DNA of 64,000 bases from an uncultured Chloroflexia bacterium (GTDB lineage: Bacteria > Chloroflexota > Anaerolineae > JAAYZQ01). Shown here one piece after another: positions 41,600 through 53,580 of the stretch; positions within the stretch are counted from its first letter, which is position 1, and every line of letters begins with the position of its first letter. Below the pieces are notes generated by a model. The model searched no databases, was not told where the DNA came from, and saw only the letters and a list, made by a program, of their open reading frames with translations. The stretch covers positions 128,001 through 192,000 of the forward strand of contig CAVOXA010000001.1 in the NCBI GenBank assembly GCA_963700285.1. The letters run 5' to 3'. The translations under genes were made by a program, and so were the position numbers.

Positions 41600-42856
41600 C
41601 TAGACCCAGCCGCGCAGCCTCATAGCCTCGGCCACGCGAGCGACCGACACGATGTAGGCCCCCATCCGGGTATTGACCTCGTACTGCTGGGTTGCGTCGT
41701 GCACCGCGTGGAAGGCGGCAGTCATCTTTTTGTCCAGCTTCTCATGAACTTCTTCGATCTCCCAGTAGAAATCATAGGCATTCTGGACTTGCTCAAAGTA
41801 GGAGACGGTCACGCCGCCGGCGTTGCACAAAAAGTCGGGAATCACATAGACGCCGTTTTTGTGCAGAATATCATCAGCCTCGGGCGTCGTAGGGCCATTG
41901 GCCAACTCGGCCACGATCTTGGCCGTGACTTTGTCGGCGTTCCACGGGCCGATCTGGTTCTCCAGGGCAGCAGGGATGAGGATGTCGACGTCTAGTTCCA
42001 ACAGTTCCTCGTTGCTGACCTTCTTGGTACCCTCGCAGCACTCGTAGGTGGCAACGGTACCTTCTTGCTGCTTCCACTCCATTACCTTGTCAAAGTCCAG
42101 ACCATGGTCATCGTATACTCCGCCCTTGGAGTCGGAGACAGCGACAACCTTGGAACCGAACATCTCGGTGACAAGCTGGTGAGCAAACTGCCCGGCATTG
42201 CCATAGCCCTGGATGGCGACCGTGGCCTTGGTCAGGTCGATGCCCAAAATCTTGGCAGCCTCGCGGATGGTGTACATGCCGCCCCGTGCCGTCGCGTCGC
42301 CGCGCCCTGCAGATCCACCCAGGGGCAGCGGCTTGCCGGTGATCATCCCAGGCACGTTGTAGCCGCGCATCACGGCGTATTCATCCATCATCCAGGCCAT
42401 GATCTGGGGAGTGGTATAGACATCGGGCGCTGGTACGTCAGTCTCTTCACCGATATAGTGGCCAATGGCCCGCATATAGGCACGGCTCAGACGCTCCAGC
42501 TCACCCATCGACATCTCTTTTGGGTTGCAGATGATGCCGCCCTTGCCGCCACCCAGCGGGATGTCCACCACAGATGTCTTCCAGGTCATCCATGCCGCGA
42601 GAGCCCGAACCGTGTCAATCGTCTCGTCGGGATGGAAACGAAGGCCGCCCTTCGTGGGCCCCCTCGCATCATTGTACTGTACCCGGAACGCGTGAAAAAC
42701 CTTGGTGGTACCATCGTCCATCTTGACCGCAAGGGTCACGTGGAATTCGCGCAGCGGCCAGCGCAGCAATTCGTGGACCGCGGGATCCAGATCCATGATT
42801 TCTGCCGCTTCGGCCAGTTGTGCCTGCGCGATCTTGAAGGGATTCAACTCACTCAT
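41600..42856 (-). CDS. gdhA: Glutamate dehydrogenase (Glu/Leu/Phe/Val family)
   Basis: [49 protein letters not shown]. Confidence 0.93.
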   Translation of the reverse strand: MSELNPFKIAQAQLAEAAEIMDLDPAVHELLRWPLREFHVTLAVKMDDGTTKVFHAFRVQYNDARGPTKGGLRFHPDETIDTVRALAAWMTWKTSVVDIPLGGGKGGIICNPKEMSMGELERLSRAYMRAIGHYIGEETDVPAPDVYTTPQIMAWMMDEYAVMRGYNVPGMITGKPLPLGGSAGRGDATARGGMYTIREAAKILGIDLTKATVAIQGYGNAGQFAHQLVTEMFGSKVVAVSDSKGGVYDDHGLDFDKVMEWKQQEGTVATYECCEGTKKVSNEELLELDVDILIPAALENQIGPWNADKVTAKIVAELANGPTTPEADDILHKNGVYVIPDFLCNAGGVTVSYFEQVQNAYDFYWEIEEVHEKLDKKMTAAFHAVHDATQQYEVNTRMGAYIVSVARVAEAMRLRGWV

Positions 42857-43102
42857 TGTTTTGTACTCCTCTGTTGTGATCTAGGAAAAAGAACTGGGCC
42901 GCCATGGAGACAATGGCCCGCTGGCTTGCATGTGGTCTTGCTAGCCGCACAAAAAAACACACCCGAAGTGTCACCTCCTCGCGCGCGGGCATACCTTGAG
43001 ACAAGAAATTGCCGCGCTGCAATCCACTATTGAACTAAATCCAAGGTCGGAACCAACCCTGGCCTAGTTTGCGCATTATAGCACAAGCACGATCCGAAAG
43101 CA

Positions 43103-43138
43103 AAACCGGATGGGGTTGCGGCAATTCCCATCCGGTTT
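43103..43138 (-). terminator. Intrinsic terminator after gatB
   Basis: AAACCGGATGGG...CCCATCCGGTTT stem. Confidence 0.75.
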
Positions 43139-43163
43139 GACCTCACTGTAGACAATCGCCTTA

Positions 43164-44618
43164 CTACGGCTCCAACTTTTCCTCCAGCAGGGTTGTGACG
43201 ATTTTGGGGTTAGCCTTCCCCTGCGTGGCCCGCATTACCTGCCCCAGAAACCATTGCAGCAGAGTCTCTTTCCCATCCCGGTACCTGGCCACCTGTTCTG
43301 GATTGGCGGCAAGCACATCGTCGATGATTTCTCCCAACGCATCGTGGTCTGAAACCTGGGCCAAGCCCTTTTCTGTGACGATCTCGTCCGCAGACCGGCC
43401 CGTAGCAAGCATCTCACCCATCACTGCCTTGCCACTATTGGTGGTGATCGTCCCCCTTTCAACCAGGGCGACAAGCCCCACCAGCGCTGCGGGATCTACT
43501 GGCACCTGTCCAATTTCGGCATCCTCGGCTTTCAGCAAGCGAAACATCTCACCGATTATCCAGTTGCTCACTGTCTTTGGAGGAATGTCCCTGGCCAGGC
43601 CGGCAGCTACAGCTGTCTCAAAATAGACAGCCACATCGCGATCCTCCGTTAGAACTTTGGCGTCGGCCGGCGACAGTCCATATACAGACATGAAACGATC
43701 CCGCTTGGCATCTGGCAGTTCGGGTTGGGCTGCCCCGATCTCTTTGACCCACGCTCGTGGGATGCGCAGTGGTGGCAGGTCTGGCTCAGGAAAGTACCGG
43801 TAGTCGTCTGATTCTTCCTTGACGCGCTGTTCGACGGTACGTCCGCGCTGTTCGTCCCAGCCCATCGTCACCTGGTGGATCTCCCCTCCGCTGTCCTGCG
43901 TCCGGGCTTGGCGCTCGATCTCGTAGGCCAACGCCTGCTTGACCGACCGGAACGAGTTGAGGTTTTTCACCTCCACTTTGGTACCCAAGGCATCTGCGCC
44001 AGCTTGCCGGATCGAGACGTTGGGCTCGCAACGCATCGCCCCCTTTTCCATGTCCCCGGTAGATACGCCCAGATAACGCAGGATCGTGCGTAGTTTGGCC
44101 AAATACTGCCGCGCTTCCTCTGGCGTCCGGATGTCAGGCTCGGTGACAATCTCGATGAGGGGCAGACCAGCGCGGTTGAAATCCACCAGGCTGTGGTCTC
44201 CAACGTGGAACGATTTGGCGGTTTCCTCCTCCAGGTGTACCCGCCGGATGCCTATGTGCCTCATGGCGCCTTCTGGCCCATCCTGATTCTCGATTTCCAG
44301 CCACCCATCCTGGCAAAGGGGAAAATCGTACATGCTGATCTGGTAGGCCTTGGGCAGGTCGGGATAAAAGTAGTTCTTGCGGGAAAAAACAGCCGTTTCG
44401 GCAATCTGGCAGTTGAGGGCCAAGCCAACCATGATCGTCTGTTCGATGGCACGCTGGTTGAGAACAGGCAACACGCCCGGCATGCCCAGGCACACCGGAC
44501 AGACGTGGGTGTTCGGATCTGTGCCAAACACCCTGGCATCACAACTGCAAAAAAGCTTGGATTGGGTCAACAGTTGGGCATGGACCTCCATGCCTATGAT
44601 GGCTTCGTAGTTGGACAT
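43164..44618 (-). CDS. gatB: Asp-tRNA(Asn)/Glu-tRNA(Gln) amidotransferase subunit B
   Basis: [46 protein letters not shown]. Confidence 0.96.
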   Translation of the reverse strand: MSNYEAIIGMEVHAQLLTQSKLFCSCDARVFGTDPNTHVCPVCLGMPGVLPVLNQRAIEQTIMVGLALNCQIAETAVFSRKNYFYPDLPKAYQISMYDFPLCQDGWLEIENQDGPEGAMRHIGIRRVHLEEETAKSFHVGDHSLVDFNRAGLPLIEIVTEPDIRTPEEARQYLAKLRTILRYLGVSTGDMEKGAMRCEPNVSIRQAGADALGTKVEVKNLNSFRSVKQALAYEIERQARTQDSGGEIHQVTMGWDEQRGRTVEQRVKEESDDYRYFPEPDLPPLRIPRAWVKEIGAAQPELPDAKRDRFMSVYGLSPADAKVLTEDRDVAVYFETAVAAGLARDIPPKTVSNWIIGEMFRLLKAEDAEIGQVPVDPAALVGLVALVERGTITTNSGKAVMGEMLATGRSADEIVTEKGLAQVSDHDALGEIIDDVLAANPEQVARYRDGKETLLQWFLGQVMRATQGKANPKIVTTLLEEKLEP

Positions 44619-44756
44619 AGGTAGCTCTTTTGTCAATCCTCTCAGTTGACCAAGACTCGGTGCCATTATAGCACATCTCCTCCAGGCCAACAACCTGATG
44701 GTGCACGACACCGGGTAGTTTGACCTTTTGATCCCTTTCGAGTATACTAGGCTGGA

Positions 44757-44833
<77 letters not shown>

Positions 44834-44868
44834 GTGGCCAGAGACAAGCTCCAAAAGTTAGGATCCAA

Positions 44869-44896
44869 AAAGGGAGGAGCTGGTGCCCCTCCCTTT
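44869..44896. terminator. Terminator between tRNA-Pro and the rpoB 3' end
   Basis: AAAGGGAGG...CCTCCCTTT stem with A/T flanks. Confidence 0.7.
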
Positions 44897-44926
44897 GTCT
44901 TTCAGAATGCCAGGCATTGGGCGCGA

Positions 44927-47900
44927 TCAGATGTTCAGCATATCCAGGCCCAGCCCCAGGTCAGGCAAATGTTCTTCCTCTTGGTCCTTGCCAAAGTAAA
45001 GTCTCTCTTCCTCTTCGTCCAGAACCTCCACGGACAAGCCCAGTGATTGCAGCTCTTTGACCAGCACTCGGAACGACTCGGGCACGCCCGGCTCGACAAT
45101 TTCCTCACCCTTGACGATGGCCTCGTAGGTCTTGGTTCTGCCCGTCACATCATCGGACTTGACTGTCAGCATCTCCTGCAGTATGTGCGCTGCCCCGTAT
45201 GCCTCCAGCGCCCATACCTCCATCTCACCAAAGCGCTGACCACCAAACTGAGCCTTGCCGCCCAAGGGCTGTTGCGTCACCAGCGAGTAGGGTCCAGTAG
45301 ACCGGGCGTGGACCTTGTCTTCCACCAGGTGAGCCAACTTCATCATCGAGATCACGCCAACCGTCACCGGCTGGTCAAAAGGTTCGCCAGTTTTGCCATC
45401 GTAGAGGATCATCTTGCCGGTCGTGGGCATCGGGTAACCGGTCTGCAGGCTGAGCTGGATCGCCATCGCCTGCATATCCTCGTCGGATTCAGGGACCGGC
45501 GGTCCATCGCTGGTCCAGGGCCGGCCCTCTCCCTCGAGCTTTTCCTGCATGGCAATGAGCCATTCTCTCAGGCAAACGATCCGCGCTCGTTCCTGTCTCC
45601 TGGTACGCTCGCTCATTGGCGAGTGTTCAAAGCTAAAGGCTATGAGCTGGTCCGGATCATAGCCTCGCTCTCGCAGCCACTCCAACAAGACGATCTGGCG
45701 GGCGTAGACGTGATCCCGGATCAGTCTTTCTTCGTCATAGGACCCGCCGCTCAACCAGTCGAGCAGGTAGAAGCCCAGTACTTCCTCTTCGGTCACATCC
45801 TCGGGCTCGATCTCCATCTCTCTGGCCCAGGTCCAGGCCCGTTCGGTAAACACCTCCCAGGCCCGCTCCAACAGCCACGCGCGCGACAGCTCCGCCTGGA
45901 TCTCTATTTCGTCAGCGCCGTCAAAGACGGGCGAAATCGCCTTGAATCCCAAACGATTAGCGGCCCAACCCAGATGCGTTTCCAAGATCTGACCGATGTT
46001 CATGCGAGCCGGTACGCCCAATGGATTGAGGATCAACTCAACCGGCGTCCCATCAGCCATGTAGGGCACATCCTCAATGGGAACGACCTGGCTGATAACC
46101 CCCTTGTTTCCGTGACGGCCGGCCATCTTGTCACCCTCAGTCAACTTGCGGCGCTGGGCAACCATCACCCGTACCGTCTGCTCTACACCGGCTTTCATGT
46201 CCCGGTGCTCCTCACGCGTGAACTCTTTGACGTCGACTACGATCCCGTGTTCCCCGTGGGGCAAGCGCAAGCTGGAATCCTTGACCTCGCGCGCCTTCTC
46301 ACCGAAAATGGCCCGAAGGAGTTTTTCTTCGGGTGTTAGCTCTGTCTCACCCTTGGGTGTGATCTTGCCCACCAGGACGTCGCCCGGTCCCACCTCGGCG
46401 CCCGTGCGGATAACACCCGTCTCATCCAGATCCTTTAAGGCATCTTCTCCCACATTTGGGATATCACGGGTGATCTCTTCTGGGCCGAGTTTGGTGTCGC
46501 GCGCCTCGATCTCGTGCTTTTCGATGTGGATGGAGGTAAACTTGTCATCACGGACCACCTGCTCACTTACCAGGACTGCATCCTCGTAATTGCCTCCTTC
46601 CCAACTCATAAAGGCCACGAGCACGTTCTGGCCCAACGCCAGCTCACCCATTTCGGTAGACGACGAGTCAGCCAGAACGTCACCGGTCTCGACTCTCTGC
46701 CCCCTGTGCACAATAGGTTTCTGATCCAGGCAGGTGCTCTGGTTGGTGCGTTGGAACCGTCGCAGATTGTAGACTCGGCGGCCGTTTTCTCCCTGAACCA
46801 CAACATCATCACCCGTGATGCTGACAACCTCACCAGGCTCTTCAGCAATGACGATCTGTCCCGAGTCGATAGCAACCTGCGATTCGATGCCGGTGCCCAC
46901 CAGGGGTGCTTCTGGCTGGACCAAGGGTACGGCTTGGCGCTGCATATTAGATCCCATTAGGGCACGGTTGGCATCGTCGTGCTCCAGGAAAGGGATGAGT
47001 GCAGCCGTGACGCCCACGATCTGTTTGGGCGACACGTCCATATAATCCACCTTGATTGCCGATTCTTCCAAGAACTCTTGCATGCGCCGCACTGACACCC
47101 GGTCTTTGACGAATTGCCCCTGCTCGTCCAGTTCTGCGTTGGCCTGGGCAATGGTGAATTGGTCCTCTTCATCAGCCGGCAGATAGATGATCTGGTTGAT
47201 GGCCATCGGCCGGATCTTGATCTCTGGCACCCGGTCCGTTAGAGCTTCCAAGCGCTTTGCGGTCGCTTCATCCACCTGCTGGTTGGCCTCGGCAATGACC
47301 TCACCGCTATCGGGATCGACATACCGCTCCCGGATTGTCTTGCCCACCACCCTGTCCATCCGGTTGGGTACAGAGTGAATCACCTTGCGATAGGGGGTTT
47401 CGATGAAGCCAAAATCGTTGATCCGGCCGTAGGTGCCCAGCGAACCAATGAGTCCAATATTGGGTCCTTCAGGTGTCTCAATGGGACAAATGCGGCCATA
47501 GTGGGAGTGGTGCACATCACGCACGTCAAAGCCTGCCCGCTCGCGCCGCAAGCCGCCAGGTCCCAGAGCACTGAGCCGCCGTTTGTGGGTCAGTTCGTCA
47601 AGCGGATTCGTCTGCTGCATGAACTGCGAAAGCTGGCTGCCACCAAAGAATTCTCGCGTGGACGCCACAACAGGGCGGACATTGACGAGCGAGATGGGCG
47701 TCATCTGCTCGGGCTCGCGGATGCTCATGCGCTCACGTACCACGCGCTCCATGCGCAAGAGACCGATACGCAACTGATTTTGGATCAGCTCGCCCATAGT
47801 CTTGACGCGGCGGTTGCCCAGATGATCGATATCATCTGGTCCCTCGATCCCATTGTTCACCTGGATCACTCGCTCGACGACCCGGACCAAGTCCTCTGGC

Positions 47901-48808
47901 GTAAGGGTACGCGTCTGCAATGGAACTTCGAGACCCAGACGCTTGTTCAGCTTGTGGCGCCCCACCCGTCCCAGGTCGTAGCGGCGAGCGGTAAACAGCA
48001 ACGACTGCATAAAGCTCTTGGCATTGTCGAGTGTAGGTGGATCGCCTGGCCGTAGCTTTTTGTAAAAGTCGACCAAGGCTTCGTCGGTTGTTTTGGTCGG
48101 ATCCTTTTCAATCGTTGCCTGGATGTAGGGATGCTCGGGCATGATATCGGCCTTCTCAAAAAGGCTGTACAGTTCTTCATCGGTGCCATAACCCACAGCG
48201 CGCAGCAGGATTGTAACCGGCAACCTGCGCTTGCGATCTACCTTGACCGACAGGACATCTCGCTTGGCCGTCTCAAACTCCAACCAGGCCCCCCGATTGG
48301 GGATAAGCTTGGCCATGCACATCTCTCGTCCCGTGATACGGTCCTCCTCGACCGTGTAGTATATGCCAGGCGACCGGATAAGCTGGCTGACCACGACGCG
48401 CTCTGCCCCGTTAATGATAAAAGTCCCGTTTGCGGTCATCAACGGAAAGTCGCCCATAAAGACATCCTGGGTCGTCCATTCGTCACTATCTTTGTTCCAT
48501 AGGGCTACCCGGACGTACAATGGAGCAGCATAGGTCATGTCGCGGTCAAGACAGTCCTGCTGTGTATACTTGGGTTCCTCAAAACGATAGTCCAGCCCAA
48601 GCTTCTCATTGATCTCCTCGTTCAGCCCTGGCAGATGAAGCTCCAAGTTTCCATTAAAGCTCTCAATCGGCGAAATCTCGTCAAAGAGCTCCTGCAGGCC
48701 CTCTGTCTGAAACCAGCGGTAAGACTCTAACTGGACCTGGATCAGATGTGGTAGGGGTAGAATATCAGGAATACGCGCGTACGACTTGCGTCGCAATCGG
48801 TTAGGCAT
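44927..48808 (-). CDS. rpoB: RNA polymerase beta subunit (stand-alone)
   Basis: [63 protein letters not shown]. Confidence 0.98.
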   Translation of the reverse strand: MPNRLRRKSYARIPDILPLPHLIQVQLESYRWFQTEGLQELFDEISPIESFNGNLELHLPGLNEEINEKLGLDYRFEEPKYTQQDCLDRDMTYAAPLYVRVALWNKDSDEWTTQDVFMGDFPLMTANGTFIINGAERVVVSQLIRSPGIYYTVEEDRITGREMCMAKLIPNRGAWLEFETAKRDVLSVKVDRKRRLPVTILLRAVGYGTDEELYSLFEKADIMPEHPYIQATIEKDPTKTTDEALVDFYKKLRPGDPPTLDNAKSFMQSLLFTARRYDLGRVGRHKLNKRLGLEVPLQTRTLTPEDLVRVVERVIQVNNGIEGPDDIDHLGNRRVKTMGELIQNQLRIGLLRMERVVRERMSIREPEQMTPISLVNVRPVVASTREFFGGSQLSQFMQQTNPLDELTHKRRLSALGPGGLRRERAGFDVRDVHHSHYGRICPIETPEGPNIGLIGSLGTYGRINDFGFIETPYRKVIHSVPNRMDRVVGKTIRERYVDPDSGEVIAEANQQVDEATAKRLEALTDRVPEIKIRPMAINQIIYLPADEEDQFTIAQANAELDEQGQFVKDRVSVRRMQEFLEESAIKVDYMDVSPKQIVGVTAALIPFLEHDDANRALMGSNMQRQAVPLVQPEAPLVGTGIESQVAIDSGQIVIAEEPGEVVSITGDDVVVQGENGRRVYNLRRFQRTNQSTCLDQKPIVHRGQRVETGDVLADSSSTEMGELALGQNVLVAFMSWEGGNYEDAVLVSEQVVRDDKFTSIHIEKHEIEARDTKLGPEEITRDIPNVGEDALKDLDETGVIRTGAEVGPGDVLVGKITPKGETELTPEEKLLRAIFGEKAREVKDSSLRLPHGEHGIVVDVKEFTREEHRDMKAGVEQTVRVMVAQRRKLTEGDKMAGRHGNKGVISQVVPIEDVPYMADGTPVELILNPLGVPARMNIGQILETHLGWAANRLGFKAISPVFDGADEIEIQAELSRAWLLERAWEVFTERAWTWAREMEIEPEDVTEEEVLGFYLLDWLSGGSYDEERLIRDHVYARQIVLLEWLRERGYDPDQLIAFSFEHSPMSERTRRQERARIVCLREWLIAMQEKLEGEGRPWTSDGPPVPESDEDMQAMAIQLSLQTGYPMPTTGKMILYDGKTGEPFDQPVTVGVISMMKLAHLVEDKVHARSTGPYSLVTQQPLGGKAQFGGQRFGEMEVWALEAYGAAHILQEMLTVKSDDVTGRTKTYEAIVKGEEIVEPGVPESFRVLVKELQSLGLSVEVLDEEEERLYFGKDQEEEHLPDLGLGLDMLNI

Positions 48809-49004
48809 TCGTTACACTCCTTGGCAATTGGCCAGACAAAGACTTGTGAGTCTTCCTGGCTCTGAGTCGGCAAGTGCGCCCGAGGCCGGAAAAGGGGAGA
48901 CTGCCCGGCCAGTGAGGCAAGGACAATTACTGGATTCTGGCATCAAAATTCAACTCATAAAGGCGCATAAAACCATCCGCGGTCGACAGAAACCGCAAAT
49001 GAAC

Positions 49005-49033
49005 ATTATATTCAGGGGGTTACTATTTGTCAA
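49005..49033 (-). promoter_or_regulatory. Dedicated consensus promoter for rpoB
   Basis: TTGACA-17 bp-TATAAT on the minus strand, about 200 bp upstream of the start. Confidence 0.8.
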
Positions 49034-49083
49034 ATTGCAGGCAGGGGATGAACAAACTCCGAGGCTTTTGTGGTGGGTAAGAT

Positions 49084-50274
49084 TTAGACAGCGACATTAG
49101 CCATTGCCCCATGTCCTAAACCCCAGAGCACCCGGTACAGATTCAGGGCCGCCCCCGCGTCAGCTACAGAAAACAACATGACCATCACCAGGACAACGAT
49201 GGCAACCAGGATAACGACCAGGGCAACCTTGATCCAGCTAATCGGCGCCTGACCCTGTACCTCACCTGTCTGGCCGTTTACCAAAAAGTGGTACACCTTG
49301 TCCCGATAGCGGTAGGAGGCAATCCACACCGGAAAGAGCACGTGTTTGTAGGTCATGTTGGAAAAAGCGGTATCCACGTGCAGGTTGCGCTGGGTGTCAC
49401 CAGGCACCTGGCGCGCGCACGCTTCCCAGACCTCTCTCTCAATGATCTCTTGTCCCGTCTTCCATGCCTCCCTGAGATCTACGGTGTAGGCTTCCGCACC
49501 CCATCCGGATAGGAATCCTGGATCATAGGGCACCAAGGACTTGGTATCAAAGGGGTAGATGTGCTCGACCATGTCCCGCTCGATGCTAGTCGTAGCGGGC
49601 ACAAGCACTTCATCAAAGGAGAGGGGCAGAAAGCCTGAAGTTGGCTCCCAGCGGACCCTCTGGACCTGCCGGGTACGGTGTTCTTGATTGCCACGCTCGT
49701 CAGTCGCCCAATAGCTTTCGGTCTCGTAATAATAGTAGCCTGCGTCAGCCCGCCAGTGCGAAGAGGCATAGGCATCAAAGGTCCAAAAGGGAAGGTACAC
49801 CCCTTGAACTCCAGCCCGGGCATCCTTGGCGATCTTTTTCACCCGATTTGGCCGGAAGAAGCCTCTTCCTAGCCACTGGCGGAAGAGGGCTACAGCCCCA
49901 TCCTGGTCCACTTGGAAGGGAAGCAGCGATTCAGGTTTGATCACCTGGGCCACCTGCTCCTGGGATACTACCTGGTTCGAGCCGCAAAAGGCACACTCGG
50001 TGGAGATGACGTTGGCATCCAGAGTATTCACCGCACCGCAGCTCTCGCATTTGATGGAGCGCTTGTCCTCGCCATAGCCTGTTTCATGGGGGGCAGCGAC
50101 CATCTCCTGGAGGGCAGCCTCCAGGTCGTACTCTAGGATCTCTTGTTCGGTAACGGGAACGGGCGTGGTGTGACCGCAGTAGGCACAGACCAGGGCGCCC
50201 TGCTCTGCGTCAAAGTCGATCTCTGCCCCGCACTTGGGACAGGGAAACTTTTTCACCAGTTCTCCCGACGTCAT
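49084..50274 (-). CDS. Double zinc-ribbon protein with a C-terminal TM (YdjG-like)
   Basis: CPKC..CAYC, CESC..CAFC, GVYLPFWTFD, VLFPVW, VNGQTGEVQGQAP, C-terminal hydrophobic helix; GGAGG RBS. Confidence 0.75.
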   Translation of the reverse strand: MTSGELVKKFPCPKCGAEIDFDAEQGALVCAYCGHTTPVPVTEQEILEYDLEAALQEMVAAPHETGYGEDKRSIKCESCGAVNTLDANVISTECAFCGSNQVVSQEQVAQVIKPESLLPFQVDQDGAVALFRQWLGRGFFRPNRVKKIAKDARAGVQGVYLPFWTFDAYASSHWRADAGYYYYETESYWATDERGNQEHRTRQVQRVRWEPTSGFLPLSFDEVLVPATTSIERDMVEHIYPFDTKSLVPYDPGFLSGWGAEAYTVDLREAWKTGQEIIEREVWEACARQVPGDTQRNLHVDTAFSNMTYKHVLFPVWIASYRYRDKVYHFLVNGQTGEVQGQAPISWIKVALVVILVAIVVLVMVMLFSVADAGAALNLYRVLWGLGHGAMANVAV

Positions 50275-50461
50275 TCTACCTCCATCTGACATGTTCACCC
50301 AGCCCGATTTTACCATATCAAGTGCAAAAGGACAATTGCCCAGAGGAGTGGGCCTCTATGCCGGATCCGTTCCATGCACCAGCCAACCCTGAGAAATTTT
50401 GGCCATTGAAAACATCTTTACCCATTCGCTCCCAACCCGATCCCAGGGACAGATCCAATCT

Positions 50462-50490
50462 TTGACACCCATCCCTGCATCAGGTACAAT
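50462..50490 (+). promoter_or_regulatory. Promoter of the radC operon
   Basis: TTGACA-17 bp-TACAAT. Confidence 0.7.
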
Positions 50491-50547
50491 GAATGACAAG
50501 ATGTGCTGGCCCTCGTCCTGAACTGGAGCAGACAAGGAGACAGAATC

Positions 50548-51252
50548 ATGAGCGCCGAGGCTGGATACCACCCCACTATCATGGAACTACCCAGCAATGA
50601 ACGTCCTCGCGAACGCCTGCTTAACTACGGGGCCAATGCAGTCTCTAACGCCGAACTGCTGGCCATCATTCTTCGGGTTGGCGCCCCTGACCAAAATGTA
50701 ATCCTTGTAGCGCAGGCGCTCCTGTCGAGATTCGGCAGCTTGACCGGTATAGCGAAGGCGAGCACAGCAGAGCTTGCGGAAACAAGGGGCGTAGGCACGG
50801 CCAAGGTGGCCCAACTCAAGGCTGCGCTGGAATTAGGCCGGCGGTTGTTGATTGAATCACCCGATGAGCGCCCTCAGATCCGTTCTCCAGCCGATGCCGC
50901 CAACCTGGTGATGTCCGATATGGGCTTGCTGGAACAGGAGCATCTGCGCACAATGCTGCTGGATACCAAGAATCGCGTGCTGGAAACAACGACTGTCTAC
51001 CAGGGCTCATTGAACACCAGCCTGATCCGGGTAGGAGAGCTGTTTCGGGCAGCCATCCGCGCCAACTGTGCCTCGCTCATCGTCCTGCACAACCATCCTT
51101 CCGGCGATCCAACTCCTAGCCCGGAGGATGTGGCCGTCACCAGGCAGATCGTTGAAGCAGGAAAACTTCTGGACGTGGAAGTGCTGGACCACCTGATCAT
51201 CGGCCGGCAACGATTTGTGAGTCTGAAAGAACGGGGACTAGGATTTGGATAA
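50548..51252 (+). CDS. radC: RadC/JAB-domain protein (UPF0758)
   Basis: [33 protein letters not shown]. Confidence 0.93.
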   Translation: MSAEAGYHPTIMELPSNERPRERLLNYGANAVSNAELLAIILRVGAPDQNVILVAQALLSRFGSLTGIAKASTAELAETRGVGTAKVAQLKAALELGRRLLIESPDERPQIRSPADAANLVMSDMGLLEQEHLRTMLLDTKNRVLETTTVYQGSLNTSLIRVGELFRAAIRANCASLIVLHNHPSGDPTPSPEDVAVTRQIVEAGKLLDVEVLDHLIIGRQRFVSLKERGLGFG

Positions 51253-51946
51253 TGGGTTAGCCCATACAGCGGCCTTTTTCGATTTCGACGGTACACTCTA
51301 TGACGGCCACATCTGGCAGGATCTGGCGCGGCACCACTGGAGCACCAGGCGCCATCGCCGCTGGGTCATGGCCTACGTGGCCCGCAACATGGCTCCCTTC
51401 CCTCTCTACAAGTTGGGGCTCCTAAGCCAGGTGGATTTCTATCGTACCTGGGGCGAAACCATGGCCTGGCTGCTGCGCGGCTGGTCTGTCGATGAGGGCC
51501 TGGCCCTCTTTGAGCGCCTGACCGACGAGCAGGTCATCCCTAGCCTACACGAGCAGGTGCTAGACCTCGTCCGCCAACATCAGAGCCAGGGCCATCTGGT
51601 TGCCCTGGTATCGGGCCTCTTTACTCCCTGGCTGGAGACGGTTGCCCAGCGATTGGAGATCGCCCACGCCATTGGCACGCCACTGGAAGTGCGCGATGGA
51701 CACTATACGGGTCGTACCCTTCGCCCCTTGTGCCAGGGTCCCGGCAAATTTGAGAGGGCAGAAACCTATCTCACCCAACGGGACCTGCCAGTGAACTGGG
51801 TGGCCAGCTTTGCCTATGGCGACAGTGGAACAGACGTCGCCCTGTTGAGCCGGGTTGGCCGTCCTGTAGCTGTGTACCCCGACGAGAAGCTGCTGGCTGA
51901 AGCCAAGGTTCAAGGTTGGCCAGTGCTGGGAGAGGATGGCTTGTGA
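51245..51946 (+). CDS. HAD-IB family hydrolase (SerB-like)
   Basis: [25 protein letters not shown]. Confidence 0.88.
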   Translation: MDNGLAHTAAFFDFDGTLYDGHIWQDLARHHWSTRRHRRWVMAYVARNMAPFPLYKLGLLSQVDFYRTWGETMAWLLRGWSVDEGLALFERLTDEQVIPSLHEQVLDLVRQHQSQGHLVALVSGLFTPWLETVAQRLEIAHAIGTPLEVRDGHYTGRTLRPLCQGPGKFERAETYLTQRDLPVNWVASFAYGDSGTDVALLSRVGRPVAVYPDEKLLAEAKVQGWPVLGEDGL

Positions 51947-52122
51947 AACGTCGTCGTGACTTGATCGTAACGAATATAGTGGCTCTGATGGTGCTGGTTG
52001 TGGCCTTGCTGGCTGGCTGGCAGGAAGCGGCGGTCTTTGGCCTGGCCCTGCTGGTGGTATTGAACTTGATCGTACTCATCAGAGAGCATCAAGCCCGTTC
52101 GGAGGATGATCCAGAAGAATGA
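51943..52122 (+). CDS. Small two-TM membrane protein
   Basis: GTG start overlaps the HAD stop; two hydrophobic helices; overlaps the next gene. Confidence 0.6.
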   Translation: MKRRRDLIVTNIVALMVLVVALLAGWQEAAVFGLALLVVLNLIVLIREHQARSEDDPEE

Positions 52123-53128
52123 CGACGATCAGACAATGACCAAGACAAAGCTACCGGCCAGCATGCTGGAGATCCGACGCCTGTTCGATGCCCTCGACTG
52201 GACGGACTTGACCCGACAGGTTGAGGCGGAGGCGCGTACCCGGGTGGCCATCGTGGGTCCAGTCAACTCGGGCAAGTCCACCCTGTTCAATACGCTCAAG
52301 GGCCGTGAGGTCTCGGCCGTGGCAGCTGTGCCAGGCACCACTCGGGAGCTGCTCCACGAACAATGGGAACCCTTTACCCTCACTGACACCCCAGGCTTTG
52401 GCGAGGTGGGTGGCGTGGACCGGGCAGATATCGCCCTGGATGCAGTCCAGGCTGCTGACGTCATCGTCCTGGTACTGGATGCCGTCGCCGGGGTACGTCA
52501 AGCCGACCATAGCCTGCTCCAGCAACTCAAATCCACGGAAAAACCAGTGGTCGTAGCCCTAAACAAGATCGACTTGTTAGGGGATGCCCGGGAAGCCGTG
52601 GCCGATGATGCTCGCCGGAAACTGGGAGAGCCGGCTTTGGTCCCCATTTCGGCCAAACGGGGGACCAACGTAGCCACGCTGCTTCTGCCCCGGATCGTCG
52701 ATGCCCACCCATCTTTGGTGGTGGCTCTTGGGTGTGCCCTGCCGGGTTACCGCCGGCAGGCCGCCAGCCGCATCATCCGCAATGCCTCACTGCTCAACGC
52801 CCTCGTGGGCTCAGAACCGATCCCAGGGCTGGCCATCCCCTTCCTGTTGGCGATCCAGGCGCGGATGGTCCTGCGGATTGCGGCTATCTACGGCGAGCCC
52901 ATGGGTGTCGAACATGCCAAGACGCTTGTGGCCACCATTGCCGGTGGGTTGAGCCTGCGCTACCTGGCCATCGCCGGGGCAAAGTTCGTCCCCGGTCCCG
53001 GCTGGGTCGTAGCCGGAGCGATTGCAGGGATAGGTACCTGGGGCATTGGCCAGGCAGCCGTCCGCTATTTTCAGCGCAGCGAAGCTCCGAGGCAAGAAAT
53101 GGTACCCCTTCTTGCCGAGATCTCATAA
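52106..53128 (+). CDS. Era-like GTPase fused to a DUF697/YcjF-like membrane domain
   Basis: GPVNSGKS, PGTT, DTPG, NKID, ISAK; C-terminal EPIPG...IQARMV..IA.IYG...KFVPGPG. Confidence 0.82.
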   Translation: MIQKNDDDQTMTKTKLPASMLEIRRLFDALDWTDLTRQVEAEARTRVAIVGPVNSGKSTLFNTLKGREVSAVAAVPGTTRELLHEQWEPFTLTDTPGFGEVGGVDRADIALDAVQAADVIVLVLDAVAGVRQADHSLLQQLKSTEKPVVVALNKIDLLGDAREAVADDARRKLGEPALVPISAKRGTNVATLLLPRIVDAHPSLVVALGCALPGYRRQAASRIIRNASLLNALVGSEPIPGLAIPFLLAIQARMVLRIAAIYGEPMGVEHAKTLVATIAGGLSLRYLAIAGAKFVPGPGWVVAGAIAGIGTWGIGQAAVRYFQRSEAPRQEMVPLLAEIS

Positions 53129-53216
53129 CAGTGCCTCGATGGCTGGGTACGACAGGCAGCAAGAGGCCGCAAGACAGAAGCGCCAAAGAGGCATACGGAT
53201 CAGGAAAGCAGGAACC

Positions 53217-53435
53217 ATGAGCCACGAATTGCCAGAGCTATGTTATAAAGAGGTCTATGCAGCCTATGAGGCCGGGCAAAAGCTTCATTTGGACGGCCGA
53301 ACGTATCTGGTACGCTCTGTGCCAAGGAATGCAGGGGAAGGACCGGTGCTGTGGGTGACGGATGAACGTACCTTGGGCGACTACGGTCTGCTCCTGTTTC
53401 CGGACGGAAGGGTAGAGGCAAAGCAGGTCAGGTAA
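53217..53435 (+). CDS. Small hypothetical protein
   Basis: AGGA RBS, 72 aa with globular composition. Confidence 0.55.
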   Translation: MSHELPELCYKEVYAAYEAGQKLHLDGRTYLVRSVPRNAGEGPVLWVTDERTLGDYGLLLFPDGRVEAKQVR

Positions 53436-53580
53436 CCGTCCGAAAGGAGTCGTTTTCAAGTCCTTGACTGTACCCTTGAATGTGTTAGAATGGTACCAGA
53501 AGTCGCCACCGAATGAAGGCCCATTTGTGCTCAGCCGCAGAGTGGGTTGGGATCAACGGCTGGTATAGAAGGACGGCGCC

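Noticed and set aside
43164-44618. gatB without adjacent gatA/gatC
   Set aside because: Split gatCAB arrangements are common; not notable
45430-45890. Intein in RpoB
   Set aside because: No N-terminal Cys/Ser block, no HN-C/S/T end and no LAGLIDADG motif
45047-46339. Long antisense ORFs (this 430-aa one, 25360-26616, 36393-37577, 59000-60340 and others)
   Set aside because: Shadow frames opposite well-supported genes in high-GC DNA; no motifs or RBS
50548-51252. radC as a marker of a mobile or anti-restriction element
   Set aside because: Full-length chromosomal type in an operon with ordinary genes; no mobility genes nearby
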